A DNA stretch of 48,905 bases from Ktedonobacteraceae bacterium (GTDB lineage Bacteria; Chloroflexota; Ktedonobacteria; Ktedonobacterales; Ktedonobacteraceae). Below, piece by piece: positions 26,318 to 32,633 of this stretch; positions within the stretch are counted from its first letter, which is position 1, and every line of letters begins with the position of its first letter. The DNA is taken from the NCBI GenBank assembly GCA_035533955.1, contig DATLSW010000273.1:1-48905 (forward strand). The letters run 5' to 3'. A program made the translations under genes and the position numbers. The notes under the pieces were generated by a model. That model was not told the DNA's origin and ran no database searches. It was given only the letters and a program-made list of their open reading frames with translations.

Positions 26318-26698
26318 TCAAAATGAAATGACTGCGTCCGCTTCCAACGCCATATCGTTAAAAGCAGCGCCGCCAATCATCTCGACGTCGTCGATCAAGT
26401 CTTCGTAGTTGATGTTGCTTAAATCCAGGCTGGGCTGGCAGACGTAAAATTTGACGCCCAGGTCGGCAGCCTGATCGATAAAGCGGCGCAGAGGCGCGCC
26501 TTTACCATCCTTTTTGGGGATCAATTCCTCGGCAACATTCCGCACAAGCAGGGTGGGGCCGTTGACGGTGAAATAAATGCCTACCTCGATATCCATTGCC
26601 GCGGCAGACGCCGCGAGATAGAACGGGGTAGCTGAACGCTCTGGCGACTCGACGCCATTGGTCTGGATATACAAGAGTTTCTTTGGTGCATCATCCAT
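26318..26698 (-). CDS. dsrE3: DsrE-family sulfurtransferase (DsrE3-like)
   Basis: LLYIQTNGVESPERSATPFYLAASAAAMDIEVGIYFTVNG...VKFYVCQPS, with the conserved Cys in VCQPS. AAGGAG RBS. Confidence 0.75.
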   Translation of the reverse strand: MDDAPKKLLYIQTNGVESPERSATPFYLAASAAAMDIEVGIYFTVNGPTLLVRNVAEELIPKKDGKGAPLRRFIDQAADLGVKFYVCQPSLDLSNINYEDLIDDVEMIGGAAFNDMALEADAVISF

Positions 26699-26758
26699 GC
26701 GGCAACTCCTTTAGCTACAAAATGGGTTGGCGGGTCGAACGATATGTACCAACGGTAT

Positions 26759-27001
26759 TCAGCGTGTCTTGCGAACGTAAAACTTGAAGACTTTGCCTTC
26801 TTGCTCGATTGCCATGAGCTCGTTGCCTGTTTGTTTGGCCCAGGCGACCATATCCGCTTTGGAGCCAGGATCGTCGGCGAGCATGAGCAAGGTTTGGCCT
26901 GTCTGCAATTCTTTTACGGCCTTGCTGATCTTGATGATGGGAACGGGGCAAAGCATCTTGAGGCAGTCCAGGGTGCGGTCAATTTTCTCGACTGGTGGCA
27001 T
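26759..27001 (-). CDS. tusA: TusA-family sulfur carrier
   Basis: LDCLKMLCPVPIIKISKAVKELQTGQTLLMLADDPGSKADMVAWAKQTGNEL, with the Cys-Pro-x-Pro motif. Start set at ATG 27001, after GGGAGG. Confidence 0.85.
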   Translation of the reverse strand: MPPVEKIDRTLDCLKMLCPVPIIKISKAVKELQTGQTLLMLADDPGSKADMVAWAKQTGNELMAIEQEGKVFKFYVRKTR

Positions 27002-27130
27002 ATGTACCTCCCGGTTGTACAACAATGTACGAACGATAACTCTCTGCAAACTTCGACAGGGTAGGATCGCGAACGGGTTACAACGTAGGCAGCAGCATTC
27101 CAAAATTCATAATTTAGAATGTTAGAAACT

Positions 27131-27159
27131 ATGATAATATATATGTATGAAAAAGTCAA
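27131..27159 (-). promoter_or_regulatory. sigma-70-like promoter for the tusA-shdr operon
   Basis: Minus strand TTGACT (27159..27154), 17 nt, TATCAT (27136..27131), about 130 nt upstream of the tusA start. Confidence 0.5.
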
Positions 27160-27236
27160 GTGTCAGGGAAGCCAAAATGGAGAGCAATCGCAAAGTGCAG
27201 GAGATAGCCCGTGTCCACTGGTCGCTGGATCAATCC

Positions 27237-28040
27237 TCACAGCGCTTGCTCGCTGAAGATAGGGCGCATCTCACGAATGGCTGTCATGCCGTTTCTGGTA
27301 TCGCCATGACGACGTAGCGCGAGACGGTAGCTGACACGGTCAGGTCGATAGTAGCGTTTTTGGAGGTAGATAGGAACATCGCCTGTCGTGTAAGAGATAC
27401 GCTGGATGAGCAGCAGCGCGGCATTCGGCACTGATTTGAGCAACGCTGCTTGTTCAGGGGTTGCTGTTGTCGCCGTAATGTTGAAAACCCCTGTCTCGAC
27501 GGGAATGCCATAGCGTTTTTCCAGAATATGATAGACTGATTCACTTGCCAGCATATCTTCCGTTAGCAACAAGCCGAAACGCAGTGGTAACCAGGTTGTA
27601 TCGTATGCGATTGGTCGCTCATTCGCCAGCCGCAAGCGATCTACGCGTACAACTTCATTGTGAACCGGCACAGCTAAGGCTTCAGCTATCTCCGGCGTCA
27701 CCGGCTCGCGCGTGAAGGTGAGTACGCGAGAAGAGGAGTTGAGTCCAGCCAGTTCCATATCCTCGACAAAGTCGGTCAGCCGCACCAGGTCTTGCTCGAT
27801 CGTCCGCTCAGCTACGTAGGTTCCCTTGCCATGCCGCCGCACAATCGCCCCTTCCGCTTCCAGCTCGTCGAGAGCCTGCCGCACGGTGATACGACTCACG
27901 CCATACCTCTTGATCAGTTCCGGCTCAGAGGGCAACCGATCACCTGGTTGGTAGTTGCCCTGTTCGATCTCAGTACGCACGATCTGTTTCAATTGATGAT
28001 AGAGCGGAGTCGGCCCAGGGTTCAGTTGTTGTGTAGTCAT
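27237..28040 (-). CDS. GntR-family (HutC subfamily, UTRA effector domain) transcriptional regulator
   Basis: LYHQLKQIVRTEIEQGNYQPGDRLPSEPELIKRYGVSRITVRQALDELEAEGAIVRRHGKGTYV plus a C-terminal UTRA-like domain. Start set at ATG 28040. Confidence 0.85.
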   Translation of the reverse strand: MTTQQLNPGPTPLYHQLKQIVRTEIEQGNYQPGDRLPSEPELIKRYGVSRITVRQALDELEAEGAIVRRHGKGTYVAERTIEQDLVRLTDFVEDMELAGLNSSSRVLTFTREPVTPEIAEALAVPVHNEVVRVDRLRLANERPIAYDTTWLPLRFGLLLTEDMLASESVYHILEKRYGIPVETGVFNITATTATPEQAALLKSVPNAALLLIQRISYTTGDVPIYLQKRYYRPDRVSYRLALRRHGDTRNGMTAIREMRPIFSEQAL

Positions 28041-28079
28041 GAATCCCCTTACTGTTAGTTTTAGTCTTGTCATGATGAT

Positions 28080-28090
28080 ATGTTGTCATA
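28080..28090. promoter_or_regulatory. operator half/site ATGTTGTCATA (reverse complement of TATGACAACAT)
   Basis: Exact 11-mer shared with 28195..28205 and 28213..28223. Lies 40 nt upstream of the GntR start. Confidence 0.5.
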
Positions 28091-28194
28091 CGCGCTTTGT
28101 TTTCATTATACCCGATAATTTGCTATGAGACAATCGCAAAAGAAGGCTGAGGCTGTCGTCAATGAAGATAAAAGGTGCAGCGCCAAAATCTCAT

Positions 28195-28253
28195 TATGAC
28201 AACATAGCATAGTATGACAACATGTTGACATATGGCAAATATTGAATTATACT
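28195..28253 (+). promoter_or_regulatory. two more TATGACAACAT sites, a 20-bp palindrome, and an overlapping sigma-70-like promoter for the PDO gene
   Basis: TATGACAACAT at 28195..28205 and 28213..28223. TATGACAACATGTTGACATA (28213..28232) is palindromic with one mismatched pair. TTGACA (28225..28230), 17 nt, TATACT (28248..28253). Confidence 0.6.
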
Positions 28254-28335
28254 TACAGAGAGCTTTGGACTCGTATTAACATGATAACAGTGAAGTTGAT
28301 GCCGCCATACCCAGGCATCACGTAAGCGCATAGCG

Positions 28336-29784
28336 GTGAGAGGTGCAGCGATACAAATCGAACAAAATTTTCTCGATGGACTGGGACACCAATCCCACTA
28401 TGTCACCGATGGGACAAGCGGCTTTGCCGCTGTCGTCGATCCCCGGCGCGATGTAGATAGTTATCTGCAAGCAGCCAGACGAACGAATACTGTAATCACA
28501 CACATCCTGGAGACCCATATCCACAACGATTACGTCACCGGCGCGCGGGAACTGGCATCCCGGACGGGGGCGGCCATCGTTGCCAGCGCCGACGCACAGC
28601 TTGTCTATCCTCATCTACCCGTGCATGATGGCGATCAATTTCAAGTGGGTGAGTTGCGCTTCCAGGTCATGGCGACACCAGGTCACACGCCGGAACACAT
28701 GAGCTATATTGTCTATGAGCCAGGCAGTAGTACGCCCTACGCTGTATTCAGCGGAGGCAGTATGCTTGTCGGCGGAGCCGGTCGCACTGATCTGCTTGGA
28801 TCTGGTATGACACTGACGCTCACACGCCAGCAGTACCATTCATTGCGACGACTGCTGGATACGTTGCCCGGCAGCGTTCTCGTCTATCCCACGCATGGAG
28901 CCGGTTCATTCTGTGTCGCCAGCTCCGTCTCTTCCTCGCGCAGTACAACGATTGGACAGGAGCGGCTCGTCAGTCCCGCTGTCCAGGCATACAGCGAAGA
29001 GGCGTTCGTGAAGCAGCAGATCGCCGGGTATACAGCCTATCCGCACTATTACGAATACATGCACGACATTAATCAGAGTGGCCCGCGTATCCTCGGCTCG
29101 CTTCCCAAATTGGCCTCTTTTGCGCCTCCCGTTGTCCAGGAATGGATGCGGGCAGGCGTTCCGCTCGTTGACGGGCGTTCGCGCGACGCTTTCGCACGCG
29201 AACATGTTCCTGGTTCGCTGAATATAGAACTCGATAGTTCATTTGGAACGTATGTTGGTTGGCTTTTGCCGTTCAACACCCCCTTGCTGCTGTTGATCGA
29301 GGATGAAGAAGGGCGTCGCGAGGCGGTAGTGCAACTGGTGCGTATCGGCTATGAGAAAGCGCAGGGCTACCTGGAAGGGGGTATTGTCGGCTGGAAAGCA
29401 GCAGCCCTGCCCACTGGGAGCTTTGAGCGCATCGATCTCGCTACCCTGCATAAGCGTTGGGAAGCGCGCTATCCCATGACGATTATCGATGTGCGCCGCG
29501 ATGACGAGTGGCAAGAAGGTCACATCTCTGATTCCTTGCATTTCCACATCGGCGAATTGCCGCAGCAGCTCGGCGACGTTCCACGCGGTGGGCCGCTCGC
29601 GGTCATTTGCCGTACCGGGCATCGGGCCGAAATCGCGGCCAGCATCCTGGCCGCGAGCGGGCGTGAAGTCATCGCAGTTCAAGGCGGCGTCCCCGATTGG
29701 ATCGAGCGCGGTTGGCCTTCCGACAGCGGTGAGCCTTCAGTCTCGTCAACTCATCTGGATCAATCGTTGCACGCGCATCTATAA
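28336..29784 (+). CDS. MBL-fold persulfide dioxygenase fused to two rhodanese domains (CstB / YrkH-like)
   Basis: MBL motifs ETHIHNDYVTG, TPGHTPEH, YPTHGAGSFC. The C-terminal rhodanese has the active-site loop VICRTGHRA. GTG start with a weak SD, so the start is uncertain. Confidence 0.75.
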   Translation: MRGAAIQIEQNFLDGLGHQSHYVTDGTSGFAAVVDPRRDVDSYLQAARRTNTVITHILETHIHNDYVTGARELASRTGAAIVASADAQLVYPHLPVHDGDQFQVGELRFQVMATPGHTPEHMSYIVYEPGSSTPYAVFSGGSMLVGGAGRTDLLGSGMTLTLTRQQYHSLRRLLDTLPGSVLVYPTHGAGSFCVASSVSSSRSTTIGQERLVSPAVQAYSEEAFVKQQIAGYTAYPHYYEYMHDINQSGPRILGSLPKLASFAPPVVQEWMRAGVPLVDGRSRDAFAREHVPGSLNIELDSSFGTYVGWLLPFNTPLLLLIEDEEGRREAVVQLVRIGYEKAQGYLEGGIVGWKAAALPTGSFERIDLATLHKRWEARYPMTIIDVRRDDEWQEGHISDSLHFHIGELPQQLGDVPRGGPLAVICRTGHRAEIAASILAASGREVIAVQGGVPDWIERGWPSDSGEPSVSSTHLDQSLHAHL

Positions 29785-29850
29785 CGGCCCTGAGTCGCAT
29801 TGGTCGGAGGCACGCTCAAAGGGCTGGAAGGCCATTCCTACGCGCTGTGT

Positions 29851-30738
29851 TCAGGACGTCGTTTCGATCAGATGCAGAAAAGCCTGCGCCGCCTTCGATA
29901 AACATTTCTCATTGAGGCGTACAATTAAGAGTGATCGCCGCACGGAAAAATTGCTCAATAGGATCTGTTTCAGATATCCTGAAGCTACCTCAAACTGGAT
30001 AGTATGTGCTGATACGAACGAAACGCCCAGCCCGGCGGCAACAGCGCGTTTAATGGCCTCAGTGCTGCCTAGCTCTATGATGGGGTGAACAGGCTCGACG
30101 CCGTAACGTTCGAGTGCCTGCTCCAGTACTGATCTCGTTCCTGATCCCTGCTCGCGTAATATAACCGGCGGCTTCTGGGCCAGGAACTGCTGGATCGTTT
30201 GCTCTCCCTCGGGCAGCAAATAGGTGGGCGGCGCGATCAGGACAAGTTCATCCTGTCGCCATACCTGCTCGCTCAATTCCTGGTGCGTAACGCTTCCTTC
30301 GACCAGGCCCACCTCAAGCCGGTGAACCAGTAGCTTTTGCTGAATCTCTTCGGTATTGCCAATTTCGACGACAAGATCAATACCGGGATACTGCTCTTTG
30401 TAGCGTCCCAGCAATTCCGGCAGCAGATACGTCCCAATTGTCGTACTCGCCCCCAACGTCAGCCGACCGCGTTCCAATTGCTGCATCTCGCCCAGCGCGG
30501 ACTCCGCTTCCGCCGACAGCGCGAAGATACGATCGGCATAGTCGTAGAGCAGTTTGCCCGCCTCGGTTAAATAGATCTTCTGTCCTACCTGTGTAAAAAG
30601 CGGCTGATTCAGAGTTTTCTCAAGCTGATGCACCTGTTTCGAGACTGCGGGCTGGCTGATGTACAGGGCTTCTGCTGCGCGAGTGAAGTGTCGCAGTTCC
30701 GCGACTTTGTGAAAGATAAGCAACTGGTTGAAGTTCAT
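29851..30738 (-). CDS. LysR-family transcriptional regulator
   Basis: MNFNQLLIFHKVAELRHFTRAAEALYISQPAVSKQVHQLEKTLNQPLF. Start set at ATG 30738, because LTTR HTH domains begin at the N-terminus. The track start 30864 runs through the repeat tract. Confidence 0.9.
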   Translation of the reverse strand: MNFNQLLIFHKVAELRHFTRAAEALYISQPAVSKQVHQLEKTLNQPLFTQVGQKIYLTEAGKLLYDYADRIFALSAEAESALGEMQQLERGRLTLGASTTIGTYLLPELLGRYKEQYPGIDLVVEIGNTEEIQQKLLVHRLEVGLVEGSVTHQELSEQVWRQDELVLIAPPTYLLPEGEQTIQQFLAQKPPVILREQGSGTRSVLEQALERYGVEPVHPIIELGSTEAIKRAVAAGLGVSFVSAHTIQFEVASGYLKQILLSNFSVRRSLLIVRLNEKCLSKAAQAFLHLIETTS

Positions 30739-30792
30739 TTTCGTCTCCTCTTTATCTCCTTTTCGTCTCCTCTTCATCTCCTCTTCATCTCC
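30739..30792. repeat. ~5 tandem copies of an 11-nt unit (plus strand CTCTTCATCTC; minus strand GAGAYRAARAG)
   Basis: Units: CTCTTTATCTC (30748..30758), CTTTTCGTCTC (30759..30769), CTCTTCATCTC (30770..30780), CTCTTCATCTC (30781..30791), plus a partial unit at 30739..30747. The tract abuts the LysR start codon. Confidence 0.8.
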
Positions 30793-30958
30793 ACTTAGGA
30801 ATGGTGCGGTCAATAACGTGAAGCTATTGTTTCTATATATAACATGTATTGGAGTTATTGGCAAACAGGTTTATACTACCTGGAAAGAAGAATGAATTCC
30901 TCATGCTTCCAGGAAGACCCTTTGGTAGCGTCTTTCTGATCACTACGACGGAGTCGCT

Positions 30959-32587
30959 ATGACGAAATACGCCTTTGTTATCGATCAGCGCAAGTGTATT
31001 GGCTGTCATGCCTGTACGGTGGCGTGTAAAGCCGAACATGATGTCCCCATCGGCGTTTATCGCACATGGGTGAAGTACATCGAGAAAGGCGAGTTCCCCA
31101 ACTCGCGCCGCTATTTCCTGGTCAATCGCTGCAATCATTGCGACAACGCCCCTTGCGTTGCCATTTGCCCAACAAAGGCGCTGTATAAGCGCGCCGACGG
31201 TATTGTTGATTTCGACTCTAACCGCTGTATTGGCTGCAAGTCATGTATGCAAGCCTGCCCATATGACGCTCTCTACATTGATCCCTATAGCCATACGGCC
31301 GCCAAATGTAATTACTGCGCTCATCGCACTGAGGTAGGATTGGAACCGGCGTGCGTGGTCGTTTGCCCTGAACACGCCATCATTGCCGGTGATATGCACA
31401 ATCCGAACACGGAGATCGCGCAGCTCATCGCGCGCCAGCCGGTGCGCGTGCGTAAGCCCGAACAGGGAACCGGTCCGAATGTCTATTATCTTGGAGCGGA
31501 CGAAGCTGCCATCAATCCTGAAGCAGCTACGGAAGAACTGCCGCATATGACGATGTGGAGTACGCTGCTCAAACCGCATCATGAAAACGAAAGCGCCATC
31601 GACGCGAGCAGGTCGCTGCGCGCGCCTGCCACGATCAACCCACTCCCGTCCTCTCATCCGCGAAGCGAGCAGCGCTTTCGTCCCGCCGATGCCCATATTG
31701 TCTACGATACGCCCAAAAATCAACAGCCCTGGGGTTGGATGGTCTCAGCATACCTGGGTACAAAATCGATTGGAGCCGGGGCAATGATGGTAGCCGCGCT
31801 GGCCCTGGCGCTCTATGGATTGAGCGGTACTCTTAGTGGCGCGATGAGTATGTTACTGGGTACCATCGCTCCCATTATCGGCGGCTTCTTTATTGCTGTG
31901 ACGCTGGTGCTGCTGGTAGCGGACCTCAAACGTCCTGAACGCTTTATCTACCTGGTATCTAAGGCCAATCCAACATCCTGGCTTGTCTGGGGCGGTGCGA
32001 TCCTGGCAGTTTTCGGACTGATCCAGGCTCTCTGGTTTGGCGCGGCCGTTTTCGGTCTCACCGTAATACTTCGCCTGTTGATAGTCCCGGCGGCGCTGTT
32101 TGGTCTTGCGGCGGCTGGCTATACCGCGTTTCTTTTTGGACAGGCCGAAGGACGCGACTTCTGGCAAAGCCCGCTGCTCTTCCCCATTCTCATTGTACAG
32201 GCCATGCTGGCGGGAGTAGCCGCTCTCGGCATCATGGCCTGGATATTCACTCCAGGCGGCATACTGAGTACATTCCTCACCATTGTCTTTCTTTGTACCC
32301 TCGCTGCCCATATTGTGCTTGTTATGATCGAGATCTTCGGCGCGCACAGTAACAGTCATGTTGCTGCCGCTGCTCATTATATTTACAGGGGCAAATTACA
32401 AAAACTGTTCTGGGGGCCATTTTTCGTTCTCGGCTCGATCATCCCCCTGATCATGGTCTGCCTTGCCCTGCTAGTTCCTGTCGCTTTGCCGGCGCTACTC
32501 GGCATTGCAGGGATTCTCGCGTTGCCTGGTCTTTTCACCTACGAACACTGTTTTGTAACTGCCGGGCAGATTGTGCCGCTCAGTTAA
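30959..32587 (+). CDS. fused 4x[Fe-S] ferredoxin subunit (PsrB/NrfC/SoeB-like) and 8-TM NrfD/PsrC/SoeC-like quinone-interacting anchor
   Basis: CIGCHACTVACK, CNHCDNAPCVAICP, CIGCKSCMQACP, CNYCAHR...CVVVCP, then eight hydrophobic helices. The N-terminus starts directly at the first cluster motif, with no signal peptide. Confidence 0.85.
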   Translation: MTKYAFVIDQRKCIGCHACTVACKAEHDVPIGVYRTWVKYIEKGEFPNSRRYFLVNRCNHCDNAPCVAICPTKALYKRADGIVDFDSNRCIGCKSCMQACPYDALYIDPYSHTAAKCNYCAHRTEVGLEPACVVVCPEHAIIAGDMHNPNTEIAQLIARQPVRVRKPEQGTGPNVYYLGADEAAINPEAATEELPHMTMWSTLLKPHHENESAIDASRSLRAPATINPLPSSHPRSEQRFRPADAHIVYDTPKNQQPWGWMVSAYLGTKSIGAGAMMVAALALALYGLSGTLSGAMSMLLGTIAPIIGGFFIAVTLVLLVADLKRPERFIYLVSKANPTSWLVWGGAILAVFGLIQALWFGAAVFGLTVILRLLIVPAALFGLAAAGYTAFLFGQAEGRDFWQSPLLFPILIVQAMLAGVAALGIMAWIFTPGGILSTFLTIVFLCTLAAHIVLVMIEIFGAHSNSHVAAAAHYIYRGKLQKLFWGPFFVLGSIIPLIMVCLALLVPVALPALLGIAGILALPGLFTYEHCFVTAGQIVPLS

Positions 32588-32633
32588 ATCGGCCGTACCG
32601 ACGTTGCCTTGCCTGAAAAGGAGCTATAGATAG

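Noticed and set aside
26257-27103. Long N-terminal extensions in the ORF track (shdrC1 to 26376, tusA to 27103; similarly lbpA2 to 16445, LysR to 30864, YdjC from 10024, sigma to 1756)
   Set aside because: The extensions overlap upstream genes or precede conserved N-terminal motifs. Internal starts with good Shine-Dalgarno spacing fit the family N-termini better.
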